DNA of 64,000 nt from an uncultured Planctomycetales bacterium (lineage in GTDB: Bacteria > Omnitrophota > Gorgyraeia > Zapsychrales > JAHFFX01), in NCBI GenBank assembly GCA_964372915.1, contig CAYJRN010000003.1, forward strand, positions 16,376-80,375, written 5' to 3'. The notes under the pieces were generated by a model. The model worked only from the letters and a program-made list of their open reading frames with translations. It did no database searches and was not told the origin of the DNA. The translations under genes and the position numbers were made by a program. This document shows, one piece after another, positions 11,993 through 22,303 of the stretch (its first letter is position 1; every line of letters starts with the position of its first letter).

Positions 11993-12355
11993 ATGCTTAA
12001 AGAAAAAGAACTTAAAAGATCGTATCGTCACAAAAGGATTCGTAAAAGCCTTCGGGGGAGTCCCCAAAGGCCGAGGTTGTGCGTTCACCGCAGTCTTAAC
12101 AACCTTCAGGCTCAGGTGATTGATGATGTCCAGGGAAAGATTTTATTCGGACTTTCCACCCTTAATGAAAAATTACGTTCTAAAGTCAAGACCGGTGGCA
12201 ATGTGAACGCGGCTACGGTGTTAGGGGAAGCCTTCGCGGCCTTGGCGAAAGAAAAAGGTATTACAAAAGTTTGTTTTGATCGCGGTGGATATCTTTATCA
12301 CGGCCGGGTGAGGGCTTTCGCGGAAGCGGCCAGAAAAGGCGGACTCGAGTTTTAG
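11993..12355 (+). CDS. rplR: 50S ribosomal protein L18
   Basis: Start trimmed to the ATG at 11993 (MLKEKELKRSYRHKRIRK); the ORF-track start at 11786 overlaps rplF. Confidence 0.88.
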   Translation: MLKEKELKRSYRHKRIRKSLRGSPQRPRLCVHRSLNNLQAQVIDDVQGKILFGLSTLNEKLRSKVKTGGNVNAATVLGEAFAALAKEKGITKVCFDRGGYLYHGRVRAFAEAARKGGLEF

Positions 12356-12389
12356 CGAAGCGAAGGGGAGAGATAGAGTAAATAAAATT

Positions 12390-13040
12390 ATGACTAAAGA
12401 CAATCAAGACCAAAATAAGAACAAAGAAGCGGAACCGCCGGAAAATAAGGCAATTGCCCATACAACAAGAACTGCTGAAGCCGCGGCTCCTGCCAGCGGC
12501 GACCGGCAGAGATCTAAGGGGTCGCGTAAACCTTTTCTCAAGAAAAGGGACGCAGCGGCTTCTGAATTCGTCGAAAAAGTCATTGCCATTAACCGCGTGA
12601 CCAAAGTGACCAAAGGGGGGAAAAGGCTCGCCTTTAGCGCTTTGGTTGTCGTCGGTGACACTAAGGGGCGCGTCGGATATGGTTTAGAGAAAGCCGGAGA
12701 AGTCGCCACCGCCATCAAGAAATCTTTGACGCATGCCAAAAGAGCGATGATCCGGGTTCCCTTATATGAATCGACGATCCCGCATTTGGTGATTGGGACC
12801 TGCGGGGCGGCACAGGTCATGCTTAAGCCTGCCAGCGAAGGTACGGGCGTTATCGCGGCGGGGCCGGTGCGGGCCGTTTGCGATTCCGTCGGGATCCGTA
12901 ATATCCTGACCAAATGCCATCGCTCCAACAATCCCATTAATGTCGTAAAGGCAACGATTGATGGGTTGGAAAGATTGAAGCCGCGTAAAGTGGAAACAGT
13001 CGCGAAACCACCAGAGGTACGTGAAAATGCAACTGCATGA
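12390..13040 (+). CDS. rpsE: 30S ribosomal protein S5, with an N-terminal low-complexity extension
   Basis: S5 core (VTKGGKR...) preceded by a roughly 60-aa extension. Confidence 0.9.
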   Translation: MTKDNQDQNKNKEAEPPENKAIAHTTRTAEAAAPASGDRQRSKGSRKPFLKKRDAAASEFVEKVIAINRVTKVTKGGKRLAFSALVVVGDTKGRVGYGLEKAGEVATAIKKSLTHAKRAMIRVPLYESTIPHLVIGTCGAAQVMLKPASEGTGVIAAGPVRAVCDSVGIRNILTKCHRSNNPINVVKATIDGLERLKPRKVETVAKPPEVRENATA

Positions 13041-13497
13041 ATTAAAATCCCCCAGGGGTTCTCGTAAGCGAAGGAAAATCGTCGGTCGAGGGCAAGGCTC
13101 GGGTCATGGCAAGACTTCTTGCCGCGGTCACAACGGCCAAGGCCAGCGTCCGGGGCGCGGAACGCTTTTGGGTTCCGAAGGCGGGCAGATGCCGCTCATC
13201 CGTCGTTTGCCGAAGGTGGGCTTTAACAGCAAGAGTCCAACGATCTATCAAATTGTAAATTTAGAAAGTCTGTCCCGTGTCGAGGAAGGCACACTCATCG
13301 ACGCCGAATATTTGAGAACGCGCGGGCTCATTAAGCGTTTGACCAAACCCTTCAAAATTTTGGGGACAGGAGAAATCACCAAGGCCTTGACGATCAAGGC
13401 CCACAGTTTCTCAAAGACCGCTCAAGAAAAAATTACAAAAGCCGGCGGGAAGGCCGAGACGATCGTAAAGACGTCGGCTGAAGAAGCTAAAGCGTAA
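13021..13497 (+). CDS. rplO: 50S ribosomal protein L15
   Basis: Gly-rich L15 N-terminus. It overlaps the rpsE end, so there is no room for an rpmD (L30) gene between them. Confidence 0.9.
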   Translation: MKMQLHELKSPRGSRKRRKIVGRGQGSGHGKTSCRGHNGQGQRPGRGTLLGSEGGQMPLIRRLPKVGFNSKSPTIYQIVNLESLSRVEEGTLIDAEYLRTRGLIKRLTKPFKILGTGEITKALTIKAHSFSKTAQEKITKAGGKAETIVKTSAEEAKA

Positions 13498-13516
13498 TAT
13501 TGTTTCAAAGTCATAT

Positions 13517-14863
13517 ATGCTATCAGCGTTCGTCAATTGTTTTAAAATACCGGAACTAAAGAAAAAGATCCTTTTTACTCTGGGGATCATTGCCATTTAC
13601 AGGATCGGCTGTTTTATTCCGACGCCCGGCATCAACGGCAGCGTTTTGGCCGAGTTCTTTAAAAGATTGAGCTCTACCGGTGAAGGCACGATCTTCAATA
13701 TTATGAATATGTTCACCGGGGGCGCGATGGAGAAGTTGACCGTGTTCTCTCTCGGGATTATGCCGTACATCTCAAGCTCCATTATTTTGCAGCTTTTGAC
13801 GGCAGTGTTTCCGGCTCTCGAGCGTATCGCGAAAGAGGGCCACGCGGGTCATATGAAGATCAATCAATATACCCGCTACGGGACACTTCTTCTATCGCTG
13901 GTACAGTCGTATTTCATTGCTTTATGGCTGGAAAGTCCCCAGTCGTTTCAGGGGTTGCTCATTGTCAATAATCCGGGTTGGGGTTTTAGATTGACGACCG
14001 TTTTGACTTTAACGACGGGAACTTTGCTTTTGATGTGGCTGGGGGAACAGATTCAGGAGAAGGGTATCGGGAATGGGATTTCCCTGGTGATTACCGCGGG
14101 AATCCTTTCCGGCGCACCTTCCGCCGTTCACGATCTCATCCTTTTACTGTCTCCGAAAATGGCGGCCGCGCGCCAAATTCAGCCTTTGACGTTAATCGTT
14201 ATGTGCGCTCTTCTCTTGAGCGTGATTCTTGCGATCACCCTGATTACTCAGGGACAAAGAAAAATCCCTGTGCAGTATGCCCGTCGGATCGTGGGAAGAA
14301 AAGTTTACGGCGGGCAAAGCACGTATATCCCTCTTAAGGTTGATACCTCGGGCGTTATTGCGATTATCTTCGCCCAGTCGATTATTCTTTTTCCGGCAAC
14401 GCTGGCGAGTTTTATTCCCAATCAAAGTTTTCAGCACTTTGCCAGCTTCCTTTTGCGCGGACACGTGATCTACTACGGTCTTTATGCGATCCTGATCATT
14501 TTCTTCTGTTATTTTTACACGGCGATTGTTTTTAACCCGATTGACGTCGCGGAGAATATGAAAAAGCACGGAGGGTTTATTCCTGGCGTAAGGCCGGGGA
14601 GCCCAACCGCCGATTATCTGGATTTTGTTTTGACCAGGATCACCTTGGCGGGCGCACTTTTTATCTGTGTGATCGCCATCATGCCCGATGCCATCATGGC
14701 GGCTTTTAAGGTGCCGTATCTGGTGGCCTCGTTCTTTGGCGGGACAGGGGTCCTCATCATTGTCGGGGTCATGCTCGACACCATGAAGCAAATTGAGTCG
14801 CATCTTTTGATGCGTCATTATGAAGGTTTTATGAAGTCGGGTCAGCTTAAGGCAAGACGATGA
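13517..14863 (+). CDS. secY: Preprotein translocase SecY
   Basis: A 448-aa polytopic protein in the canonical position. Confidence 0.95.
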   Translation: MLSAFVNCFKIPELKKKILFTLGIIAIYRIGCFIPTPGINGSVLAEFFKRLSSTGEGTIFNIMNMFTGGAMEKLTVFSLGIMPYISSSIILQLLTAVFPALERIAKEGHAGHMKINQYTRYGTLLLSLVQSYFIALWLESPQSFQGLLIVNNPGWGFRLTTVLTLTTGTLLLMWLGEQIQEKGIGNGISLVITAGILSGAPSAVHDLILLLSPKMAAARQIQPLTLIVMCALLLSVILAITLITQGQRKIPVQYARRIVGRKVYGGQSTYIPLKVDTSGVIAIIFAQSIILFPATLASFIPNQSFQHFASFLLRGHVIYYGLYAILIIFFCYFYTAIVFNPIDVAENMKKHGGFIPGVRPGSPTADYLDFVLTRITLAGALFICVIAIMPDAIMAAFKVPYLVASFFGGTGVLIIVGVMLDTMKQIESHLLMRHYEGFMKSGQLKARR

Positions 14864-15546
14864 GAATAGTCCTTCTGGGGCCTCCGGGTGCCGGCAAGGG
14901 GACCCAGGCCCATTTGCTCAAAGCGGACCTTCAGATTATTCATATCTCCACCGGCGATATTTTTCGCGAGGAGATGAAGAATCATACGCCGCTGGGTCAG
15001 GATATTAAGAAGTATGTGGACAAAGGTAAGCTTGTTCCCGATAGCGTGGTAACAAAGATCGTCGCCAATACGTTGAGCCTGATGGATCCTCAGGGGCCCG
15101 GCTATCTTCTGGATGGATTTCCTCGGACGGAAAAACAGGCGAAAGATTTAGACAAGATTTTGGCTCGGCTTAAGCAACCTTTGGATTATGCGATTTACAT
15201 GGAAGCGACCTTGCCGGTTATCGTCCAGCGTTTGACCGGTCGTCGGGTTTGCAAAAAATGCGGGAGTCTCTATCACGCTCTCAACCGGCCGCCTAAGAAA
15301 GAAGGCACCTGCGATCAATGTGGCGGGGCCCTTTATCAGCGGGCCGATGATAACGAAGAGACGATCAAGATCAGGATGAAGGAATATTTGGCCAATACCA
15401 TGCCAATGGTCAAATATTATGAATCCAGAGGAATGCTTTTGAAAGTGGATTCCGACAAGGATTCCGCAGATGTGCAAGCGATCCTTATGAAGAAACTCAA
15501 AGAAGACGGAAAACTTGATCCCCATAAAGACAAGAGAAGAAATTGA
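14860..15546 (+). CDS. adk: Adenylate kinase with a zinc-binding lid
   Basis: GPPGAGKGTQ P-loop; CKKC...CDQC lid cysteines. Confidence 0.95.
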   Translation: MRIVLLGPPGAGKGTQAHLLKADLQIIHISTGDIFREEMKNHTPLGQDIKKYVDKGKLVPDSVVTKIVANTLSLMDPQGPGYLLDGFPRTEKQAKDLDKILARLKQPLDYAIYMEATLPVIVQRLTGRRVCKKCGSLYHALNRPPKKEGTCDQCGGALYQRADDNEETIKIRMKEYLANTMPMVKYYESRGMLLKVDSDKDSADVQAILMKKLKEDGKLDPHKDKRRN

Positions 15547-16267
15547 AATTTTAAGAAGAGCTGGTCGGGTCCTTGCTTCTATCGTTGTTGATTTAAAACG
15601 TTCTTTAAAATCGGGAATGACCACCCAAGACATTGACGCGCTGACCGAGAAACTCATACGAGAGCGCGGGGCAAAGTCGGCCTTTAAAGGTTATCGCGGT
15701 TTTCCGGGCTGTGCCTGCGTCTCCGTAAATCAGGAAGTGGTCCACGGGGTTCCCGGCAAAAAAGTCATCAAGGACGGCGATATTATTAGCGTCGATGTTG
15801 GTATTGTGCTTGATGATTATTATTCGGACACGGCGTTTTCTGTCGGGATCGGCAAAGTGGATCCTTTGTTAGAAAAGCTTCTTAAGGTGACTGAAGAGTC
15901 CCTATATCAGGGAATCGAAAAGGCCCGGGTGAACAATTGCCTTTCCGACATTTCTCATGTCATTCAGAAGTTTGTGGAAGCGCAGGGATTTTCGGTGGTG
16001 AGGGATTTTGTGGGGCATGGGATCGGACGCTCACTGCATGAAGATCCGGAAATTCCCAATTTTGGTTCGGCGCACGAAGGGCCGATTTTAAAAGAAGGAA
16101 TGGTCTTTGCCATTGAGCCCATGGTCAACGTGGGAGCCTGGCAGACAAAGGTTTTGGAGGACGGCTGGACGGTCGTGACCATTGATGGGAAACCCTCGGC
16201 GCATTTTGAACATACGGTGGCGATCAGAAGCCAAGGCCCGGAAGTTTTGACCAAATACAATGGCTAA
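15515..16267 (+). CDS. map: Methionine aminopeptidase type I
   Basis: M24A-type sequence in the canonical position after adk. Confidence 0.92.
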   Translation: MIPIKTREEIEILRRAGRVLASIVVDLKRSLKSGMTTQDIDALTEKLIRERGAKSAFKGYRGFPGCACVSVNQEVVHGVPGKKVIKDGDIISVDVGIVLDDYYSDTAFSVGIGKVDPLLEKLLKVTEESLYQGIEKARVNNCLSDISHVIQKFVEAQGFSVVRDFVGHGIGRSLHEDPEIPNFGSAHEGPILKEGMVFAIEPMVNVGAWQTKVLEDGWTVVTIDGKPSAHFEHTVAIRSQGPEVLTKYNG

Positions 16268-16478
16268 AGAAGATTTGATAGAGGTGGAAGGAACAGTGCT
16301 TGAGGCCTTGCCGAATGCCATGTTTCGGGTAGAACTGGAAAACGGACATAAGGTGCTGGCGCACATCTCGGGAAAGATCAGAATGCATTTTATCCGTATT
16401 TTGCCCGGTGACAAAGTCAAGGTTGAGCTTTCTCCTTATGATTTAACCCGCGGGCGCATCACCTATCGGAATAAATGA
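16260..16478 (+). CDS. infA: Translation initiation factor IF-1
   Basis: A 72-aa S1-like protein, typical IF-1. Confidence 0.95.
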   Translation: MAKEDLIEVEGTVLEALPNAMFRVELENGHKVLAHISGKIRMHFIRILPGDKVKVELSPYDLTRGRITYRNK

Positions 16479-16479
16479 G

Positions 16480-16593
16480 ATGAAAGTCAAATCGTCGGTC
16501 AAAAGAATTTGCAGTAAATGCAAGATCATCAGAAGAAAAAATGTGGTGAGGGTGATCTGTTCAAACCCCAAGCACAAACAGAGACAAGGATAA
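16480..16593 (+). CDS. rpmJ: 50S ribosomal protein L36
   Basis: Translated by hand as [37 protein letters not shown]. It is absent from the ORF track, presumably because it is short. Confidence 0.9.
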   Translation: MKVKSSVKRICSKCKIIRRKNVVRVICSNPKHKQRQG

Positions 16594-16600
16594 TTTTCCT

Positions 16601-16984
16601 ATGCCCAGAATTTTAGGTATTGATCTTCCCAAGGAAAAAAGGATCGAGGCCTCGCTTCCCTATATATACGGAATCGGTCCCGCCTCTTCCCGCAAGATTT
16701 TGTCGGAAGCGAAGGTGGACGGCAATCGCCGCGCCAAGGACCTTTCCGAGGATGAAATTTCCCGTATCACCGCGATCATCCAGAAAAATTACCGCACGGA
16801 GGGGGATCTGCGACGGGAAATCCAGCAGAACATCAAGCGTCTGATTGATATCGGCGCTTATCGGGGACTGCGCCATAAGAAAGGTTTGCCGGCACGGGGC
16901 CAGCGCACGCGAACCAATGCCCGCACCCGTAAGGGCAAGAAGAGAAATTTCGCGGCCATTATGAAACCGGCGGCTGAAAAATGA
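16601..16984 (+). CDS. rpsM: 30S ribosomal protein S13
   Basis: [15 protein letters not shown]-terminus. Confidence 0.94.
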   Translation: MPRILGIDLPKEKRIEASLPYIYGIGPASSRKILSEAKVDGNRRAKDLSEDEISRITAIIQKNYRTEGDLRREIQQNIKRLIDIGAYRGLRHKKGLPARGQRTRTNARTRKGKKRNFAAIMKPAAEK

Positions 16985-17069
16985 ACCTGAGGAATAAAGG
17001 CCGCCCAAGGGCGAGCCTCGTCCCCGCTTATAAAAGCAAAGTGGGGAGGAAAAATGACGGGAAATCTTT

Positions 17070-17456
17070 ATGACTAAAAGCGATAAAACAAAGAAAAAAA
17101 CGTTTAAAGGCGTTACCAGCGGCATCGTCCATATCCAGGCGACGTTCAACAATACCATCATTACCGTGGCTGACCGGCAAGGCAACACGATTGTCTGGGC
17201 CTCGCCCGGAATCGTGGGGTTTAGCGGCAGCAAGAAATCCACGCCGTTCGCCGCGCAGGTTGCCGCTTCAGACGCCGCCCGCAGGGCCAGGGAATTGGGT
17301 TTGCAGACGGTGGATGTTTTAGTGAAAGGCCCTGGATCAGGACGCGAATCCGCCATTCGGGCTTTACAGGCAGCCGGATTAACGGTCACTTCCATTAAAG
17401 ACGTGACCCCGATGCCGCACAATGGCTGCCGTCCGCGCAAAAAACGCAGAGTCTAA
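17070..17456 (+). CDS. rpsK: 30S ribosomal protein S11
   Basis: S11-like sequence in the expected gene order. Confidence 0.94.
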   Translation: MTKSDKTKKKTFKGVTSGIVHIQATFNNTIITVADRQGNTIVWASPGIVGFSGSKKSTPFAAQVAASDAARRARELGLQTVDVLVKGPGSGRESAIRALQAAGLTVTSIKDVTPMPHNGCRPRKKRRV

Positions 17457-17474
17457 AAGAGAGGTTAGAACAGA

Positions 17475-18107
17475 ATGGGAAGAAATTTAGGTGCCAGTTG
17501 TCGTCAATGCCGAAGGGAAGGCGAAAAGCTTTTCCTCAAAGGGACCCGTTGCTACACGCATAAATGCGCGATTGATCGTCGCGAGTACGCCCCAGGTCAG
17601 CACGGGGCGGGGGCGAAACGCTCGAAGTTGTCGAACTTTGGTTTGCAGATGCGCGAGAAACAAAAGGTCAAAAGGATCTATGGCTTGCTGGAAAAGCAGT
17701 TCAGAAATTATTTCAACAAGGCCGCTCAAACTAAAGGGGTCACCGGTACGACGTTGTTGCAATATTTGGAACGACGTCTGGACAATGTCCTTTATCAATT
17801 GGGTTTTGCGACCTCCCGGTCTGAAGCCAGGCAAATCGTCTCCCATAATTTTGTTTACGTAAACAATCATCGGGTGAACATTCCTTCCTTCCAAGTGAAG
17901 GCCAATGATGAGATTGAGCTGAAATTTAAAAACACCGGAATGAAGAACGTCAAAGAAAATCTTGAAGCCTCAGAGGGCAGAAATGTTCCCGCCTGGCTTA
18001 CGGTGGACAAGGATCATTATCGCGGCAAGATTTTGCGTATTCCGCAAAGGGAAGATATTATGTATTCAGTCAACGAGCAGTTGATTGTTGAGCTTTATTC
18101 AAGGTAA
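17475..18107 (+). CDS. rpsD: 30S ribosomal protein S4
   Basis: N-terminal CRQCRREGEK...C..HKC zinc ribbon. Confidence 0.94.
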   Translation: MGRNLGASCRQCRREGEKLFLKGTRCYTHKCAIDRREYAPGQHGAGAKRSKLSNFGLQMREKQKVKRIYGLLEKQFRNYFNKAAQTKGVTGTTLLQYLERRLDNVLYQLGFATSRSEARQIVSHNFVYVNNHRVNIPSFQVKANDEIELKFKNTGMKNVKENLEASEGRNVPAWLTVDKDHYRGKILRIPQREDIMYSVNEQLIVELYSR

Positions 18108-18140
18108 GTTTTACCTCTTGTATATTGCCAGCAGGAGGTA

Positions 18141-18261
18141 ACCCAGCACTAATTTTGATTCAAGGTCAACGTTGCAAAATTAGTGCTGGGTAAATTCCGT
18201 ACGCACTTTTTCCTAAAAAAATGTTTTAGATGAAAAGTGCTACGTCATTTAGGAGAAAAAC
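18141..18261 (+). repeat. Dispersed palindromic element, copy A (two hairpins), forming the 5' leader of rpoA
   Basis: A 17-bp perfect inverted repeat acccagcactaattttg / caaaattagtgctgggt lies at 18141-18191. A second imperfect hairpin lies at 18198-18244. A shared RBS taggagaaa follows. Confidence 0.7.
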
Positions 18262-19254
18262 ATGGGAGTTAAGTGGCGCGATTTTCAGATGCCCAAAAGG
18301 CTAGACTGCGATGAACAGTCCTACACGAGTACTTACGGGAAATTCATAGCTGAACCCTTCGAGCGAGGTTATGGCGTGACTTTGGGAAATTCTTTAAGAC
18401 GGATACTCTTGAGCTCTATCGAAGGCGCGGCGGTGACCTCCATTAAGATCGACGGCGTGCAGCACGAATTCTCCACCATCCCCGGTGTGATGGAACAGAT
18501 TCCGGACATTGTCCTTAATGTCAAGAATGTCGTCTTGAGATCTCACTCCAAGGCCCCCAAAACCATTTACGTCAAGGCCGACAAAAAGGGTGAAGTCAAG
18601 GCTAAGGATATGATCTGCGATGAGACCATTGAAATTCTTAACCCCGATCTTCATATCGCGACTTTAACCCGCGACGCTCAGTTCCATATGGAGATGGAAG
18701 TCTCTCGTGGCCGAGGGTATGTCCCGGCGGAATTGAATAAAAAGGATTCCCAAGGGGTGGGCGTCATCCCCATCGATTCGATCTTTACCCCGATCGTGAA
18801 AACCAATTTCTTTGTAGAAAATACCCGCGTGGGTCAAAGAACCGATTATGATAAGCTCATCGTCGAGATCTGGACCAACGGGAGCATCAATCCCAAAGAG
18901 GCGCTTTTGTACGGGGCCAATATCCTGCAAAGGCACTTGGACGTCTTCGTCAGTTACGGTCAGCTTCCCGAGGAGGAAGAAGAAGAGGAAGAGATCACAG
19001 CCGAAGAGCAGGCCCTTTATGAGAAGTTGCGCCTGCCGATTTCCGAGCTGGAACTTTCCGTCAGGAGCTCCAACTGTCTTAAGGATGCCAACATCAAGAC
19101 GATCGCGGATCTGGTGAGAAAACAAGAGGCGGAACTTTTGGGCTTCCGCAATTTCGGGAAGAAGTCTCTGCAGGAAATTAGCGATCTCTTGAAGGCCATG
19201 AACTTAAACTTAGGCATGAAAGTGGATGTTAAGAAATTAAAGAAGAAGGAATAA
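18262..19254 (+). CDS. rpoA: DNA-directed RNA polymerase subunit alpha
   Basis: A 330-aa protein with alpha NTD and CTD, in canonical context. Confidence 0.95.
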   Translation: MGVKWRDFQMPKRLDCDEQSYTSTYGKFIAEPFERGYGVTLGNSLRRILLSSIEGAAVTSIKIDGVQHEFSTIPGVMEQIPDIVLNVKNVVLRSHSKAPKTIYVKADKKGEVKAKDMICDETIEILNPDLHIATLTRDAQFHMEMEVSRGRGYVPAELNKKDSQGVGVIPIDSIFTPIVKTNFFVENTRVGQRTDYDKLIVEIWTNGSINPKEALLYGANILQRHLDVFVSYGQLPEEEEEEEEITAEEQALYEKLRLPISELELSVRSSNCLKDANIKTIADLVRKQEAELLGFRNFGKKSLQEISDLLKAMNLNLGMKVDVKKLKKKE

Positions 19255-19255
19255 C

Positions 19256-19849
19256 ATGCGACACAATATCGCGGGCAACAGATTAGGCAGGAACCAAGGA
19301 TTACGCAAAGCGACCGTAAGAGACCTGGCCCGGGCCACGCTTGTAGAAGAGCGGATCCTGACCACCAAGGCCAAGGCCAAAGAAGCCAGAAAGCTCGTCG
19401 ATCAACTTATTACCATGGGGAAAATGGGAACGCTCGCGCATCGCCGTAAGGCCTTCTCTATTCTCTGCGATCACACCCTGGTGAGTGAACTGTTCAATAC
19501 CACCGCCAAGAGGTTCAATAGCCGTCAGGGCGGTTATACCCGGGTCATTCCCCTTTCTGTGCGCCGGGGCGATAACGCGCAACTGGCGTTTTTGGAGCTT
19601 ACGGAAAAGACGGAAGTGATCGTTTCCAAACCCAAGACGGATGCCGTCGGTAAGGCCGTGGACGTCAAGAAAGAGAAGAAAGAGCCTGTGGCGCAAAAGG
19701 CCCTCGAAGAGAAAAAAGAAAAGACGCCGAAGCGCGAACAGCCCAAATCTCATCCTAAACAAGATGTTTCCATCAAGGAAAAACCAAAGACTCCCAAATT
19801 CATGGGAGGTATTAGAAAGATGTTCACCAGAAAACAAGGCGGTGAATAG
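19256..19849 (+). CDS. rplQ: 50S ribosomal protein L17, with a Lys/Glu-rich C-terminal tail
   Basis: L17 core followed by an extension. Confidence 0.92.
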   Translation: MRHNIAGNRLGRNQGLRKATVRDLARATLVEERILTTKAKAKEARKLVDQLITMGKMGTLAHRRKAFSILCDHTLVSELFNTTAKRFNSRQGGYTRVIPLSVRRGDNAQLAFLELTEKTEVIVSKPKTDAVGKAVDVKKEKKEPVAQKALEEKKEKTPKREQPKSHPKQDVSIKEKPKTPKFMGGIRKMFTRKQGGE

Positions 19850-19870
19850 TCCCTGCTGTAAATCCGTTGT

Positions 19871-21055
19871 ATGAACGTTAACCGGCGCATCAAGTTAATA
19901 GTCGGATCCACAACACTTGCCATCACAGCTCGGGCCAAAGAGCTTCAAGGCCAGGGGAAGGATGTGGTGAATTTTGCCGCCGGGGAACCGGATTTTGACA
20001 CCCCCGATTTTATCAAACACTCCGCGATCAAGGCCATCCAAGATGGTTTCACCAAGTATACGCCTTCCATCGGCACGCCCAATTTAAGAGAAGCGATCGC
20101 CGCCAAATTCCTTAAAGACAACCAGTTGAACTATAAGCCTTCGCAGATCGCCGTTTCCTGCGGAGCCAAGCATTCCATTTACAATATCATTCAGATTTTG
20201 GCCGATGAGAAAGAGGAAGTCCTCATCCCAGTCCCCTATTGGGTCAGTTACCCCGAAATGGTGAAGCTTGCCGGGGCAACCCCTGTCTTTGTCCCCACGA
20301 GCGCCGCGACCGGTTTCAAACTGACCGTTGAGCAGCTTAAAGGAGCCGTCACGCCTAAAACTAAAATTCTTATCATCTGTTCTCCATCCAACCCGACGGG
20401 CATGGTTTATTCAAAGGATGAGTTGCAGGCGATTGCCGATGTTTGTATCCAAAATAACATTTATGTGATTAGCGATGAGATTTACGAGAAACTGATCTAT
20501 GATAAGAAAATCTTTACATCCATCGCGTCTTTAAATGACAAGATTTTTGCGCTCACGGTCACGGTGAACGGCGTCTCCAAGGCTTATTCAATGACCGGCT
20601 GGCGTATCGGGTATTGCGGGGCAGCCCAGGAGATAATTGACTATATCAATAAATTCCAGGACCACTCCACCTCCAATCCCACCTCCATCAGCCAGATGGC
20701 AGCCTTGGCCGCCTTGAAGGCGCCCGAATCGAGTGTCAAAGAAATGTGCCGCGAATTTGAAACCAGAAGAAACCTAATGCTTTCTTGCCTCGATGAGATT
20801 CCTGAGATAAAATATGTACGTCCTCAAGGCGCGTTTTATGTTTTTTGCGATATCTCAAAGCTGGGATCGGCGGAAAACGTCGCGAAAAGGATCCTTGATG
20901 AGATGAACGTGGCGGTCATCCCCGGCGAAGGATTTGGGAGCCCGGGCTATGTGCGTTTTAGTTTCGCGACCTCCCAGGAGAAAATCAAAGAGGGGGTAAA
21001 AAGAATCGGCGAATGGGTGAGGAATTTTAAAAATTTCCCTAATGCTACTTTATAA
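19871..21055 (+). CDS. Aspartate/aromatic aminotransferase, class I PLP-dependent
   Basis: PLP-lysine motif SKAYSMTGWRIGY, 394 aa. Confidence 0.85.
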   Translation: MNVNRRIKLIVGSTTLAITARAKELQGQGKDVVNFAAGEPDFDTPDFIKHSAIKAIQDGFTKYTPSIGTPNLREAIAAKFLKDNQLNYKPSQIAVSCGAKHSIYNIIQILADEKEEVLIPVPYWVSYPEMVKLAGATPVFVPTSAATGFKLTVEQLKGAVTPKTKILIICSPSNPTGMVYSKDELQAIADVCIQNNIYVISDEIYEKLIYDKKIFTSIASLNDKIFALTVTVNGVSKAYSMTGWRIGYCGAAQEIIDYINKFQDHSTSNPTSISQMAALAALKAPESSVKEMCREFETRRNLMLSCLDEIPEIKYVRPQGAFYVFCDISKLGSAENVAKRILDEMNVAVIPGEGFGSPGYVRFSFATSQEKIKEGVKRIGEWVRNFKNFPNATL

Positions 21056-21060
21056 AATTA

Positions 21061-21183
21061 ACCCAGCACTTATTTTGCGACACGACGTCCAGGCCAAAAT
21101 AAGTGCTGGGTAAATTCCGTACGCACTTTTTCCTTAATAAATTTTTATTAGATGAAAAGTGCTACGTCATTTAAGGAGAAATC
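21061..21183 (+). repeat. Dispersed palindromic element, copy B, forming the 5' leader of pilT
   Basis: Hairpin acccagcacttattttg / caaaataagtgctgggt. The downstream 75 nt, including the RBS, are nearly identical to copy A. Confidence 0.7.
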
Positions 21184-22275
21184 ATGAGTTTAAGAGAATT
21201 ATTGCTTTTGGCCAGTCATGAACGGGCCTCGGATTTACATTTGACCGAAGAAACGCCGCCGGTGTTGCGGATCGACGGACGTTTGGTTTTGACGAAGCAG
21301 GAGCCCTTAGATCGTGATCAGATCAAGAAAATGATTTATATGATGCTCACCGATGACCAGAAGGGAAAATTTGAAAAGGACCGTGAGTTGGATTTTTCTT
21401 TGGCCTTGCCGGGCCTGGATCGTTTTCGCGTGAATGTTCACCTGCAGCGTGGCTGTGTTGAGGTGGCATTTCGACGCATTCCACTTTTGGTTCCGGATAT
21501 CTCTGAGTTGGGTCTGCCTGAGATCGTAAGCGAATTGGCGCGTAAGCCCAGCGGCCTTGTCCTGGTCACCGGCCCCACGGGAACAGGAAAGACGACCACT
21601 CTTGCCGCCATGATCAATCTCATTAATCATGAACGCAGTACCTTGATTGTCTGTATTGAAGATCCTATCGAGTACGTTCACACCAATAAAAAATCCATCA
21701 TCAAACAACGCGAGGTCTACAGTGATACCCATTCGTTTGCGGAGGCCTTGAAACGCTGTTTGCGCCAGGACCCCAACGTCATTGTCGTCGGAGAAATGCG
21801 TGATTTGGAAACAATTTCCACAGCTTTGACGGCCGCTGAAACCGGCCACTTGGTTTTGGCGACTTTGCATACGCCGGATGCACCGCAGACCGTTGAACGT
21901 ATCATCGATGTTTTTCCTCCTTATCAGCAGCAACAGGTGAAGATGCAGCTGGCCAACTGCCTGCAGGGCGTTATCTCACAATTGCTTTTACCGAGAGCCA
22001 AAGGGCAAGGGCGGGTTGTGGCGACCGAAATTATGATTGCGACCTCCGGCATCAGGAATCTTATCCGCGAACAAGCCATTGAGCAAATTCCAACGGCTAT
22101 TCAAACCGGAAGTCAACACGGAATGAAGACGATGGACCGTTGCTTGTGCGATTTTTATGTCGAAGGAACCATCACCTACGAATCCGCGTTTGCCAAGGTT
22201 AAGAATCCCGAAGAATTCAAACAACTGCTTGCGGTCCAGCAGGCCAACCAAAACCGGCAGCCACGCCCCCGCTAA
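21184..22275 (+). CDS. pilT: Type IV pilus retraction ATPase PilT
   Basis: PilT-like N-terminus and Walker [10 protein letters not shown]. Confidence 0.85.
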   Translation: MSLRELLLLASHERASDLHLTEETPPVLRIDGRLVLTKQEPLDRDQIKKMIYMMLTDDQKGKFEKDRELDFSLALPGLDRFRVNVHLQRGCVEVAFRRIPLLVPDISELGLPEIVSELARKPSGLVLVTGPTGTGKTTTLAAMINLINHERSTLIVCIEDPIEYVHTNKKSIIKQREVYSDTHSFAEALKRCLRQDPNVIVVGEMRDLETISTALTAAETGHLVLATLHTPDAPQTVERIIDVFPPYQQQQVKMQLANCLQGVISQLLLPRAKGQGRVVATEIMIATSGIRNLIREQAIEQIPTAIQTGSQHGMKTMDRCLCDFYVEGTITYESAFAKVKNPEEFKQLLAVQQANQNRQPRPR

Positions 22276-22303
22276 CCTTAAGAAGATAGGAGTATCAAAA
22301 GCG

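Noticed and set aside
11786-12355. Long form of rplR overlapping rplF by 200 nt
   Set aside because: The L18 homology starts at MLKEKELKRS (11993), immediately after the rplF stop.
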